A stretch of 64,000 bases of DNA from Syntrophales bacterium (lineage in GTDB: Bacteria > Desulfobacterota > Syntrophia > Syntrophales > PHBD01): NCBI GenBank assembly GCA_963668175.1, contig OY764159.1, positions 4,320,001 to 4,384,000 of the forward strand, in the 5' to 3' direction. Positions 36,952 to 46,905 of the stretch are shown here, in pieces; the first letter of the stretch is position 1; each line of letters begins with the position of its first letter. The translations under genes were made by a program, and so were the position numbers. The notes under the pieces are model-generated. The model saw only the letters and a program-made list of their open reading frames with translations, searched no databases and was not told where the DNA came from.

Positions 36952-37812
36952 ATGGGAGATATCCCTGTCTTCTTCCTGCACGGGCTTGCCTATGCCGGTC
37001 TCCTTTTCCTCGTTTCCGCGGGATTGACCCTGGTGTTCGGCATGATGAACGTTCTCAACTTCGCCCATGCCGCCATGTACATGCTGGGCGCCTATTTTTC
37101 CTTCACGATGCTCCAGATGACGGGCCAATTCTGGCTTTCGCTGATGGTTTGTCCTCTTCTTTTGTTCATCATCGGAGCCCTTATCGAGCGGTTTCTGCTC
37201 CGCCGCGTCCACGTCCACGGGCATCTGCACGAACTGCTTCTGACCTTCGGGCTCGCGTACATCATCACGGAACTCGTAAAATGGACGTGGGGCAATTACC
37301 CTCTGGCCGTCAATATCGGCGGATACCTGGGAGACACGATTGAAATTTTCGGGTTCGTTTATCCCGTTTACCGGATATTCATCTTTGTCTGCGGCGTCTT
37401 CGTGGGAGGCGTCATGGCCCTGATCCTCTATAAAACGCGGCTGGGAATTATTCTGCGTGCCGCCGTCAACGACGGAGAGATGGTCAATGCCTTGGGTATC
37501 AATGTCCCGCTGGTCTTTACAGGCGTCTTCGCATTCGGCGCCGCCCTTTCGGGCTTCGCCGGCGTCATCGCAGGCCCCCTCCTGACCACCTACCCGGGCA
37601 TGGCCGCAGAAATCCTCATCGACGCCTTCGTCGTCATCGTCGTCGGCGGGTTCGGCAGTCTGGGAGGCGCCGTAATCGCCTCGTTCATCATCGGGGAGCT
37701 CCAGTCATTCGGTGTGCTCCTCTTCCCGAAGCTCTCGCTGGCCCTGGTCTATCTCCTTATGGCCGCCGTATTGATCATTAAACCATCCGGACTTTTTGGC
37801 GAGGAAGAATAA
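36952..37812 (+). CDS. Branched-chain amino acid-type ABC transporter permease (LivH-like)
   Basis: GLTLVFGMMNVLNFAH, TRLGIILRA and VVGGFGSL motifs. Confidence 0.92.
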   Translation: MGDIPVFFLHGLAYAGLLFLVSAGLTLVFGMMNVLNFAHAAMYMLGAYFSFTMLQMTGQFWLSLMVCPLLLFIIGALIERFLLRRVHVHGHLHELLLTFGLAYIITELVKWTWGNYPLAVNIGGYLGDTIEIFGFVYPVYRIFIFVCGVFVGGVMALILYKTRLGIILRAAVNDGEMVNALGINVPLVFTGVFAFGAALSGFAGVIAGPLLTTYPGMAAEILIDAFVVIVVGGFGSLGGAVIASFIIGELQSFGVLLFPKLSLALVYLLMAAVLIIKPSGLFGEEE

Positions 37813-38810
37813 TGATGAAGAAAACGACACCTTACCTGTTTATAATCGCTCTTTTCGCCCTGGGAGCCGCGGCACCCTTCGTCATTAAGCCGTACCATCT
37901 CAACATGCTGACGGAGATCATCGTCTTCGCCCTTTTTGCCGTCAGCTACAACCTCCTTCTGGGATACGCCGGGCTCCTCTCCTTCGGACATGCCATGTTC
38001 TTCGGCACAGGCGCCTTCACGGTGGCCGTGGCGATGATCCACATCCCCGGACTCTCCATGTGGAATGCCATTCTTCTGGCCGTCGCCGTGACGACCGCCG
38101 TCGGCTTCATCATCGGGGGTTTGCTCCTTCGTCATAAGGGTTCCTATTTCGCCCTGCTGACGTTGGCTTTCAATTCCCTCTTCTACGCCGTTGCAACCAA
38201 ATGGAACGAAATCACCGGCGGCGACGACGGACTAAGCATCACCCGCCCCGATCTCAACCTCGGATTCACGGACATCTCCATGTCGGGACTGACGGAATTC
38301 TATTACTTCACCCTTATCGTCATCGGGATCACGATCGTCTTCGCATGGTATTTCACCAAGACAGCCATGGGACAGACCATTCTTTTGATGCGGGAAAACG
38401 AGGAACGGATGAAGTTTATGGGATACAACACGAACATCAGCCGCCTGATTCTCTTCACATTCACTGGCGCGCTGGCGGGACTGGCAGGGGCCTTCTATAC
38501 CCTCCACTTTCAGTTTGTCTCCATCTCCGCCATCAGCGGCGATATGACGACGACGGTTTTGCTCATGACCTTTGTGGGAGGCGCCGGCACCTTCTGGGGT
38601 CCGATGCTGGGGACTTTTGTCTATATCATTCTGCAGAATTATCTGAGCGACATAACGGACCGCTGGCCGCTCTTCATGGGCATCATCTTTATCATGATGG
38701 TTCTCTTCATTCCCGGGGGACTCTCCCAGGTCATCCTGTCGATCAAGAGGCTTTTTAGCGGCAACGGCGGCAAGAACAGACCGATTGCGACGGAGGAAAT
38801 GTCTTCATGA
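37812..38810 (+). CDS. ABC transporter permease (LivM-like)
   Basis: NLLLGYAGLLSFGH, TGGDDG, RENE and GGAGTFWGP motifs. Confidence 0.92.
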   Translation: MMKKTTPYLFIIALFALGAAAPFVIKPYHLNMLTEIIVFALFAVSYNLLLGYAGLLSFGHAMFFGTGAFTVAVAMIHIPGLSMWNAILLAVAVTTAVGFIIGGLLLRHKGSYFALLTLAFNSLFYAVATKWNEITGGDDGLSITRPDLNLGFTDISMSGLTEFYYFTLIVIGITIVFAWYFTKTAMGQTILLMRENEERMKFMGYNTNISRLILFTFTGALAGLAGAFYTLHFQFVSISAISGDMTTTVLLMTFVGGAGTFWGPMLGTFVYIILQNYLSDITDRWPLFMGIIFIMMVLFIPGGLSQVILSIKRLFSGNGGKNRPIATEEMSS

Positions 38811-39550
38811 GCGATTACCTTCACGTCAAAGACATCCACAAAGACTTCTCGGGGCTCAAGGTGCTTACAGGCGTCGATTTCAAAGTACAGGAAAAGGAAC
38901 GGCATGCGGTCATCGGTCCGAACGGGGCCGGCAAAACGACGCTTTTCAACATCATCAGCGGAAAATTCAGGGCTTCATCGGGCGCTATTTTACTCAAAGG
39001 CCGGGACATTTGCGGAAAACCTGCGCACGTCCTGAATCGCCACGGGCTGGCGCGTTCTTTCCAAATCACCAACGTTTTTCAGGAATTGAGCGTATTCGAC
39101 AATATCCTGTCCGGCGTCAGGTCCAGGCATGGACTGCGCTATCATTTTTTCCGCCAGCCGGGCCACAACCGCAAAATCAACGAACTTACAGAAGACATTG
39201 CAGAAAAAGTCGGGCTTGCCGATGTCATGCACATGCCTGTCAGCGCCTTATCCTACGGACAGCAGCGCGCCCTCGAAATCGCCATCACCCTTTCGACGGA
39301 GCCTGAACTCATCCTCCTCGATGAACCGACCGCCGGCATGACCCGCGAAGAGACCAGCCACGCCATCCGGATGATCGACCAGGTCACTGCCGGCCGCACC
39401 CTGATCATCATCGAGCATGACATGGACGTGGTCTTTTCGCTGGCCGATACGATTTCGGTTCTTCATTACGGGACAATCCTCGTTTCGGGAAAGCCAGACG
39501 AGATCCGCAACGATCAGCGGGTAAAAGACGCCTACCTTGGAGACGGCTGA
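38807..39550 (+). CDS. ABC transporter ATP-binding protein (LivG-like)
   Basis: GPNGAGKT, LSYGQQR, LLDEPTAG and IEHDM motifs. Confidence 0.93.
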   Translation: MSDYLHVKDIHKDFSGLKVLTGVDFKVQEKERHAVIGPNGAGKTTLFNIISGKFRASSGAILLKGRDICGKPAHVLNRHGLARSFQITNVFQELSVFDNILSGVRSRHGLRYHFFRQPGHNRKINELTEDIAEKVGLADVMHMPVSALSYGQQRALEIAITLSTEPELILLDEPTAGMTREETSHAIRMIDQVTAGRTLIIIEHDMDVVFSLADTISVLHYGTILVSGKPDEIRNDQRVKDAYLGDG

Positions 39551-39552
39551 CT

Positions 39553-40263
39553 ATGCTGGAAATCAAGAACATTCAAAGCTACTACGGAAAGAGTCATATC
39601 CTGCAGGGCGTATCCATGACCCTGAAGGAAGGGGAACTGGTCTGCCTGCTCGGACGTAATGGCGTCGGAAAGACGACGACCTTAAAGAGCATCATGGGAC
39701 TCGTCAAACCGACGGAAGGCAGCATCCGTTTTCGGGATCAGGAACTCATTGGGAAACAGCCTTATGAAGTCGCCCGACTCGGCGTCGGATATGTCCCGGA
39801 AGACAGGCGCATCTTCAGGAGTCTCACCGTCCATGAGAACCTTCTTATCGGAATAAAAAGCGCAGACAAGAATAACGGAACGAATACGCCGTGGACCGTC
39901 GAAAAGGTCTACGAAATATTTCCCCGCCTGAAAGAGCGGCGGGAAAACAAAGGCGGACATCTTTCCGGAGGGGAACAGCAGATGTTGACCGTGGCCAGGA
40001 CACTGATGGGAAACCCGAATCTTATCCTCGTCGATGAACCTACGGAAGGCCTGGCGCCGCTCATCGTAAGGGATGTTTTGGAGATGCTTGCCACGGTGCG
40101 TAATGCAGGTGTGACGGTCCTGATGGTGGAACAGAATTTCAAGGCTTCCATCAAAGTCGCGGACCGCTTTTATATTATGGGAAAAGGTCACATCGTCTTT
40201 GAAGGAGACACGGCAGCCCTGCTTGCGGCTGAAGATGTGCGAAAGAATTATCTGGAGGTTTAA
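39553..40263 (+). CDS. ABC transporter ATP-binding protein (LivF-like)
   Basis: GRNGVGKT, LSGGEQQM, DEPTEGLAP and VEQN motifs. Confidence 0.93.
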   Translation: MLEIKNIQSYYGKSHILQGVSMTLKEGELVCLLGRNGVGKTTTLKSIMGLVKPTEGSIRFRDQELIGKQPYEVARLGVGYVPEDRRIFRSLTVHENLLIGIKSADKNNGTNTPWTVEKVYEIFPRLKERRENKGGHLSGGEQQMLTVARTLMGNPNLILVDEPTEGLAPLIVRDVLEMLATVRNAGVTVLMVEQNFKASIKVADRFYIMGKGHIVFEGDTAALLAAEDVRKNYLEV

Positions 40264-40295
40264 GGACAACGAAATCGTTTAACGGAGGTGGACAA

Positions 40296-41513
40296 ATGAA
40301 GAGGAAGATGATGTGTGGTTTTATGGTTTTTTCCATGCTGCTGTTCCTTTCAACGCCGGCGATGGCTGCAGCGGCCCAGGATACAATCAAGATCGGCGGC
40401 ACGGAACCGCTTTCGGGCACTTTTAAGGACATCGGCGAACGCTACCTGGAAGGTGTCCAGTACGCCGCCAAGGTCATCAATGAAAGCGGAGGACTCCTGG
40501 GGAAAAAGGTCGAAGTCATCCCCATCGACTCGGAATTGAAACCGGACGTGGCGACCCGGAAGGCGCAAAACCTGATCCTCAAGGACGGCGTTAAGTTCTT
40601 CTGCGGCGGCACGGGCAGCTCCGTGGGCGCGGCCATGGCCCAATTGGCCGAGAAACAGAATGTCATTATGTTTACTTACGGCATGGACGCATCCAGCATG
40701 ACCGGTGACAAATGCAACAAGAATTTCTTCCGTCCCGGCGGCAGCACTGACGGCAGGTCTTTCGCCCTGGCCCAGTTGGTTGCCAAAAAAGGCTACAAGA
40801 AAGTCGGTATCATAGCCCAGGACTACTCCTTCGGGAAAGAGGCCGTGGCGGCATTCAAGAAGAAAATAGCCCAGATCAGCCCCTCCACCAAAATCGTCGC
40901 CGAAATATATCATCCCGCCGGCACGAAAGACTACGCCCCTTATGCAAGCCAGCTCATTGCCGCCAAACCCGACGTCATCTTCACGCCCAACTGGGGCAAC
41001 GACCTGACGCTCCTTCTCAAGCAGGGACGCCCCATGGGATTGAAGCAGAAAGTATTCTCCTACTACATCAACGACGAGGTCATGATCAAGACTCTGGGTG
41101 ACGACAAACTCATCATCGGCGACATGGGAGCGGAAATCTACACACTGTCGATCCCCACCAAGAAGAACCAGGAATTCATCGCCAAATTCTATAAGGACAA
41201 GGGATATTATCCGACCTGGCTCCGTGGGAAATCCTTTATTGCCACGATGTTCTGGGCGGAAGCCGTCAAGAAAGCCGGTACGACGGACGTAGCGGCCGTC
41301 ATCAAGGCATGGGAAGGACTTACTTATGACGGGCCCGCCGGAAAATGGACGATGCGGGCGTGCGATCACCAGGCCCAAGTCCCTTATTGGTATGTGGAAA
41401 TCGTAAAAAACAACAAATTCTTCAAGGAGCATGCCTTCGAGGGACCGGCGACCATGATCCCGGCGAAGGATGTAGAGGTGCCTTGCAACCAGACCGGATG
41501 CAAGATGAAGTAG
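40296..41513 (+). CDS. ABC transporter substrate-binding protein (Liv/PBP type 1)
   Basis: Signal peptide, IKIG..PLSG, INESGGLLG, DYSFG and MRACDHQ motifs. Confidence 0.92.
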   Translation: MKRKMMCGFMVFSMLLFLSTPAMAAAAQDTIKIGGTEPLSGTFKDIGERYLEGVQYAAKVINESGGLLGKKVEVIPIDSELKPDVATRKAQNLILKDGVKFFCGGTGSSVGAAMAQLAEKQNVIMFTYGMDASSMTGDKCNKNFFRPGGSTDGRSFALAQLVAKKGYKKVGIIAQDYSFGKEAVAAFKKKIAQISPSTKIVAEIYHPAGTKDYAPYASQLIAAKPDVIFTPNWGNDLTLLLKQGRPMGLKQKVFSYYINDEVMIKTLGDDKLIIGDMGAEIYTLSIPTKKNQEFIAKFYKDKGYYPTWLRGKSFIATMFWAEAVKKAGTTDVAAVIKAWEGLTYDGPAGKWTMRACDHQAQVPYWYVEIVKNNKFFKEHAFEGPATMIPAKDVEVPCNQTGCKMK

Positions 41514-41610
41514 GAAAAGATGTAACCCGATCAGAACCATCAGTACGGACGGGCCGGCATCGCAACGATCGCCGGCCCGCCTGTCCCTATTTACAGGAAA
41601 GAGTATCTTT

Positions 41611-42573
41611 ATGACTACGATGATCACCGGCGGAACCGGCTTCATCGGTTCCTATCTGGCGCGTTTGCTTATTGAGGCGGGAGAAAAACCCGTTATATTC
41701 GATATCGCGCCTGTGCAAGGGCCTTTGCTCGAGTTGTCCGGACGATTTATATTCGAGCAGGGAACCATTTTTTATCTTCCGGTCCTGATGGACGTCGTGG
41801 AGCGTCACGGCGTCGACCGGATTTTTCACCTGGGGGGCATGCTCTCCTTGCCGTCGGAAAACAATCCCCATGCGGCCTTCGACGCCAACGTCGTCGGGAC
41901 ATGGAACGTCCTGGAGGCAGCCCGGATCAAGAAAATGACCCAGGTCATATACGGCAGCACCATCGCTACCTACAGCAAGGACATTATCGGCAGCGTTATT
42001 GATGACCGTACGATTCAGCGGCCGACCAGCCTCTATGGCATCACTAAGACCTTCGGCGAACTGACCGGCCGATACTATCAGCGCCGGTGGGGTGTCGATT
42101 TCCGGGGGCTCAGACTGCCCTCGACCGTCGGACCGGGCGCCAAGACGGCCCATATGTCGATCTACAACGCCTGGGCCATCGAATATGCCATCAAGGGCAT
42201 GCCTTACGTGCTCAAATGTTATCCGGATACACGCTGCCCCGTCGTTTATTATAAAGATGCCGCCAGGGCGTTGTTCGAGGTTGCCGCGGCTGAGCCGGCC
42301 AGGATCGAAACCCGCGTCTACAACATCGCCGGCGTTGTCCCGCCGTTCTCTGCCCAGGAACTGGTTTCCGCCGTAGAGGGCCGGATTCCGGCGGCACAGT
42401 TGTCTTTTGAGCCCGATCCCGTCATCGCCGAACTGCTCAAGGAACTCGGGGCGCTGCAGATCAGCGACGATTGCGCACAAACGGAATGGGGATGGCGATC
42501 AGGCTATTCCCTGGAGACCATGATACAGGATTTCATAAGCGAGTTTAAAGTCAACAAACGATACTACCTGTAA
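41611..42573 (+). CDS. Extended SDR NAD-dependent epimerase/dehydrogenase, L-threonine 3-dehydrogenase-like
   Basis: TGGTGFIG, YGITK (YxxxK), DFRGLRLP and CYPDTRCPVVYYKDA motifs. Confidence 0.85.
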   Translation: MTTMITGGTGFIGSYLARLLIEAGEKPVIFDIAPVQGPLLELSGRFIFEQGTIFYLPVLMDVVERHGVDRIFHLGGMLSLPSENNPHAAFDANVVGTWNVLEAARIKKMTQVIYGSTIATYSKDIIGSVIDDRTIQRPTSLYGITKTFGELTGRYYQRRWGVDFRGLRLPSTVGPGAKTAHMSIYNAWAIEYAIKGMPYVLKCYPDTRCPVVYYKDAARALFEVAAAEPARIETRVYNIAGVVPPFSAQELVSAVEGRIPAAQLSFEPDPVIAELLKELGALQISDDCAQTEWGWRSGYSLETMIQDFISEFKVNKRYYL

Positions 42574-42592
42574 TAAAAAGAAGGAAAGGATT

Positions 42593-43513
42593 ATGAGCAA
42601 GAGAATATTTACAGCAGCCCTCACGGGCGCCATCCACACGCCCAGCATGTCGCCTTACCTGCCGCAGACGCCCGAGCAGCTTATTGAAGAAGCCGTCCGT
42701 GTCTACGAGGCGGGGGGAGCCGTGGCCCATATCCATGTCCGCGACCCGAAGACGGGTCTTCCCAATGCCGACCAGGCCATCTATCGCCAGATTGCCGAAG
42801 AGGTCAAGAAACGATGCAACATCATCATGTGCTTCACGACGGGCGGGAAGCTCGGCGAACCCGTCGAAAACAGGGTGCGCGTGGCCTCCAATCTCCAGCC
42901 GGAAATGACATCGCTCAACGCCGGCTCCCTGAACTTCGCCCTTTTCCACATCAAAGACAACGTTACCGACTGGAAGTACGACTGGGAAGAGACTTATCTT
43001 GAAAACACGGAGGATTTCATTTTCCCAAATACTTTCAAAACGATGCGTCAATATCTCGAAGTTATGTACACCCACGGGACCAAACCGGAATTTGAGATTT
43101 ACGACGTCGGAATGATCAACAATCTGGCCTTCCTGATCGATAAGGGCGTCGCGAAAAGGCCTATTTATCTCCAGTTCGTCATGGGCATTCTCGGCGGCAT
43201 CCCCGCAACACTGGAAAACCTGATCATCCTCGTGGACACGGCTCGCAAGCAGATCGGGGATTTTGAATTTTCCGTGTGCGCCGCCGGCAAGTTCCAGATG
43301 CCCATGTGCACCGGGTCCCTGATTCTGGGAGGCCACGCAAGGGTCGGCCTGGAAGACAGCCTGTACCTGGAGAAAGGCGTCCTGGCGAAAAGCAGCGCCG
43401 AGCAGATGGCCAAAATCATCCGTATTGCTGGGGAACTGGGTATTGAACCGGCAACACCGGATGAAGCAAGGAAGATATTGGGTTTAAAAGGACCAGGCCA
43501 GGTCAATTTTTAA
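42593..43513 (+). CDS. Beta-keto acid cleavage enzyme (BKACE/DUF849, Kce family)
   Basis: TAALTGA, Zn ligands HIH, SLNAGS, KPEFEIYD, RVGLED and ATPDEAR motifs. Confidence 0.93.
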   Translation: MSKRIFTAALTGAIHTPSMSPYLPQTPEQLIEEAVRVYEAGGAVAHIHVRDPKTGLPNADQAIYRQIAEEVKKRCNIIMCFTTGGKLGEPVENRVRVASNLQPEMTSLNAGSLNFALFHIKDNVTDWKYDWEETYLENTEDFIFPNTFKTMRQYLEVMYTHGTKPEFEIYDVGMINNLAFLIDKGVAKRPIYLQFVMGILGGIPATLENLIILVDTARKQIGDFEFSVCAAGKFQMPMCTGSLILGGHARVGLEDSLYLEKGVLAKSSAEQMAKIIRIAGELGIEPATPDEARKILGLKGPGQVNF

Positions 43514-43631
43514 CGCCGGTAGTCGTTTTTTTCATAAACATTCGCGAGACGAACAGATAATACGTCGACGGACACGGTCGTTCATCGGGAAGGGACATCG
43601 TCCCTTCCCTCTTTCTGCCGCGGAACACTGG

Positions 43632-44369
43632 TTAGGGCGGTGTGCCTCTGACTTCACCCGAAGAATTGTCCCGCCTCTTAGGCGAATGCCGCTGCTTCCA
43701 CCACATACCGACGCCGATCACTCCAACGACACAGAAGACTTCCACGCCATATTGAAGAAATTTCGACGGATTCAACACTTTCAGAACAAAGGGGTCAGTC
43801 ATCATCATCTCCCCCCCTACACGCCCCAGGATAGCCGCCCCGATATAAATGATGATCGGGTACCGGTCCATCAATCTGGAAAGCAGGTTACTGGCGAAAA
43901 CCACGAAGGGGATACTTAAACCGAGACCGAAGATCAGAAGAAACGGATTTCCTTTGGAGGCGGCTGCAACGGCGAGGACATTGTCCGTGGACATGGTAAT
44001 ATCGGCGATGACAATCACCCATATGGCTTGCCAGAGATTCCTGGCTTCCTTCTGCCCGTTCTCATCGACCCCGGCTTCCAGAAACAGTTTGACGGCGATC
44101 CAGAGAATAACGATGCCGCCGGCCAGTTTGACATAGGATATCTGGAGCAATTGCGCGGCGAAAAAGGTGAGGATGACCCTGAGAACGACGGCGGCCCCTG
44201 CCCCAAACGTAATACCCTTGAGGCGCTGCGCCTTGGGAAGGACCCGGACCGCCATGGCAATGACAACGGCGTTATCTCCGGCCAGAACGAGGTCGATAAT
44301 GATAATGCTGACGAAACCAAAGACGAAATCCTTATTGAATATCGTCTGTGTTAGAAGATCGAGGTCCAA
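43632..44369 (-). CDS. TerC family membrane protein (YjbE-like)
   Basis: IDLVLAGDNAVVIAMA, ADITMSTDNVLAVA and GLGLSIP motifs. Confidence 0.92.
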   Translation of the reverse strand: MDLDLLTQTIFNKDFVFGFVSIIIIDLVLAGDNAVVIAMAVRVLPKAQRLKGITFGAGAAVVLRVILTFFAAQLLQISYVKLAGGIVILWIAVKLFLEAGVDENGQKEARNLWQAIWVIVIADITMSTDNVLAVAAASKGNPFLLIFGLGLSIPFVVFASNLLSRLMDRYPIIIYIGAAILGRVGGEMMMTDPFVLKVLNPSKFLQYGVEVFCVVGVIGVGMWWKQRHSPKRRDNSSGEVRGTPP

Positions 44370-44414
44370 TGGCGAAGTCCCTTGCCGGAAAAGTCTATTG
44401 TTTATTCATTACGC

Positions 44415-44443
44415 ACCATAGGTAAAATAAGCGACAGTGTCAA
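44415..44443 (-). promoter_or_regulatory. Sigma70 promoter of the terC-like gene
   Basis: TTGACA-17 bp-TATGGT on the minus strand. Confidence 0.65.
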
Positions 44444-44719
44444 CCGAAAGGACATTGCGATTGAGGTCGGAATATCCCTTTGCGAATTATTACAGGACGC
44501 TTGACTCACAAGAAACCCATCCTTTCTTAAATATAGACAGCAGCAGGATTCGGAAAACACGGTCGGTACAGCAACCAGAGTCGGAGGGATTCAATGTATG
44601 GCGAAGGCTTGGGAATAATGCTATCCCGCAGGACTAAAATATTGTATGAAGTATCCAATTGAACAGATCATATCGCCAACATTCCGTATCATCGTTATTG
44701 AGGGAAACGAGATAGAATC

Positions 44720-45589
44720 ATGAGCGTCCTGTTCTTCATCCATCCCGATCCCAATTACGTTCCCGATCTTCTCCTCCACGCTTTTCGAAAGATTATCGGG
44801 CCGGATGCCGTCGAGTTTCCCAGGAAGGACTGCCTCTACAGCGAAGTCGTGGGCTTTGCCGGAACGCCGGACAAAGAAACATCCCCCCGTTGGTTTCCGT
44901 CCGATGACTGAAAGGTCGATCGTGACGATGTATTCGGGAAAGTCGCCAAGGGCTATTTCGAATATATCTTCTGCGATATCAGAGTATTTTCCAAACTGCA
45001 GGAAAACCTTACCAAATGGCCCCGTGGTCTCGTCGTCATCGATGGTGAAGACGTTCCCGTGCCCATTCCCATCGGGCCTTACGCCGTCTGCCGCCGGGAA
45101 ACGGACGGCACGGATTTCAGCATCCCGCTGCCGTTGGCCATGCCGGAAGAAATCCTCGATTGGATTGTATCATTCGACGGGGAAGCAAAGGTCCACTCGG
45201 TCGGTTTCCTGGGAGGCATCGAGGATCAAAAAGAGGAACGGGGATACTTCCTGGACGCGCTGAAACGACGATACAACGACTGCCTGCTCAAGAGCTACAT
45301 CCAGGAGGGAGGCGACTTGAATCCGCCAGGCCAAGTGAGCAGACGCGATTATTACCGATATCTGCAACGATGCCGGATTGTCCTGAATCTTAAAGGAGCC
45401 GGCTGCGATACGTTCCGCTTCTGGGAAAATACCGCCTGCAACGCCGTCCATATCTCCCAGAGAATGCCGCTTCTGATACCGAATGATTTCGTCGAAAAAC
45501 AGCATCTGTTCCGGTTCACCGATAACGCGGAACTTTTTGAGACGATCGACGGGATTCTGGACGGAGCAGTCGTTCTTCATTTTATCTGA
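44720..45589 (+). pseudogene. Glycosyltransferase (Glyco_trans_1_2/exostosin-like C-terminus) interrupted by an in-frame TGA and apparently 3'-truncated
   Basis: ORFs 44720..44911 and 45059..45589 share a frame, and the gap reads open after TGA 44909-44911 (KVDRDDVFGK...VIDGED). C-terminal part has CRIVLNLKGAGCDTFRFWE. Confidence 0.75.
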
Positions 45590-46431
45590 ACCCCGATTAC
45601 ATTGGGAATCGGCCATTGCATTTCATTCATGTCGTCCTGCTTCATGCCCGTTTCATAGCTTCCGGATATATCAAGGTTAAGGTTCCGGGATCTCACGGAC
45701 ATGCTCGCCACGGGGCCGCCCTCCATGTGCATCAATTTCATCACAGCCAATCCCGATGATTTTACAATTTCGTTGAAATCCACCATGGAATAGGGTGACC
45801 GGCAGAACAGAAAAAGGATGCGCCCCGATTTATCCATGCCCACAGCCGCCTCGCTCCACTTTTTGTCAGACTTCCCCCAGACATTGACGCCGTCGCCCTT
45901 CATTAATCGCAGATTCTGAATGACGACATTGTAATCCTGCACTTTCTTCATGGCCTCCGGTTCATCGAGATCAATCATGATCGCCTGGGGAATATCGGTC
46001 TTGCGGGATTCGAAGGCCAGGACTGATTTATAGCCTCTGCTCCACCGTTTATTCTGAATGTAGGTCCCGTTTTGCAGATAGCCTACGTTGGTCAGGAAAT
46101 CTTTGCTGTACATCCCCGCATTGATAGCAGCAAGCAGACCAAAATCTCTGCACCAGGCTGCCGCGGTACGGCTTTTGTTATCGTGCTCAGAAGCAAGCAG
46201 GAGTTTGAGTCTGGCAAGATTTGGATCTATCCGGAGGACGTGTATCCTGGCGCCGGATCTGTCCCCTTCAGGTTTGATTTCCAGAAGGCAGTACTCCACC
46301 CCTTTGCCCACGATACGACACCTGTCCTCCAATTGGGGGATAAGCTTCGATTGCGTCCATGCCGCGTCACAAAAAAGCAGGACCGCCATCACGGAGCAAA
46401 GAAGATGGATGATTCCAAGCCTGCTGTTCAT
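45577..46431 (-). CDS. Phosphodiester glycosidase (NAGPA-like) family exported protein
   Basis: Signal peptide, VLRIDP, AAINAGMY, AVGMDKSGRILF, MEGGP and PIPNVIGV motifs. Confidence 0.8.
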   Translation of the reverse strand: MNSRLGIIHLLCSVMAVLLFCDAAWTQSKLIPQLEDRCRIVGKGVEYCLLEIKPEGDRSGARIHVLRIDPNLARLKLLLASEHDNKSRTAAAWCRDFGLLAAINAGMYSKDFLTNVGYLQNGTYIQNKRWSRGYKSVLAFESRKTDIPQAIMIDLDEPEAMKKVQDYNVVIQNLRLMKGDGVNVWGKSDKKWSEAAVGMDKSGRILFLFCRSPYSMVDFNEIVKSSGLAVMKLMHMEGGPVASMSVRSRNLNLDISGSYETGMKQDDMNEMQWPIPNVIGVQIK

Positions 46432-46905
46432 CGGAATGCTTTGGTTAAAATGATATTATCAATGTGTTGCGTCAAATGGCTATGAGGTTCAAACACAGCT
46501 TTACACGATAGTCATCGGAACAATATCGTCTGTGCCCGTACTTTTATATAATGGATAGCAGAATATCGAGCGGTTGCACAAGGAAAGAGTTATTGCGGCT
46601 GGAATTTTATTCCTTCGTCGATATCCTTATGGTTTCATTTGAAACATCCTCACGGATTTGTTTCGAAGTGATATTCATAAAGTCAGTTCGTTGAAAGGGC
46701 GCCCTAAGGGGAAAAATCGGACGGAGTCCGTGGGGATATCACATGAAATGAACATCCCCCTCTCCCGGCGCAACAAATGATGCAACCTTTTCTGACTCCA
46801 CGGTCTTGTAAGCGAACAAACGGGAAATCGATCTCTGTGAGTCCCATGGCCTACGATTCGATTCATTTTTACGCTGTTTTGAGGACTTTGCACAACAGGT
46901 TCAGA

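Noticed and set aside
40350..43336. Long minus-strand ORFs (431, 297 and 261 aa) opposite the catabolic cluster
   Set aside because: Antisense shadows of well-supported genes.
44370..44443. yybP-ykoY (Mn) riboswitch expected upstream of terC-family genes
   Set aside because: The promoter candidate lies only about 45 nt from the start, leaving no room, and no motif is visible.
44909..44960. Selenocysteine codon with SECIS
   Set aside because: Only a weak 4-bp hairpin follows the TGA, the protein family is not redox-active, and the gene also appears truncated.
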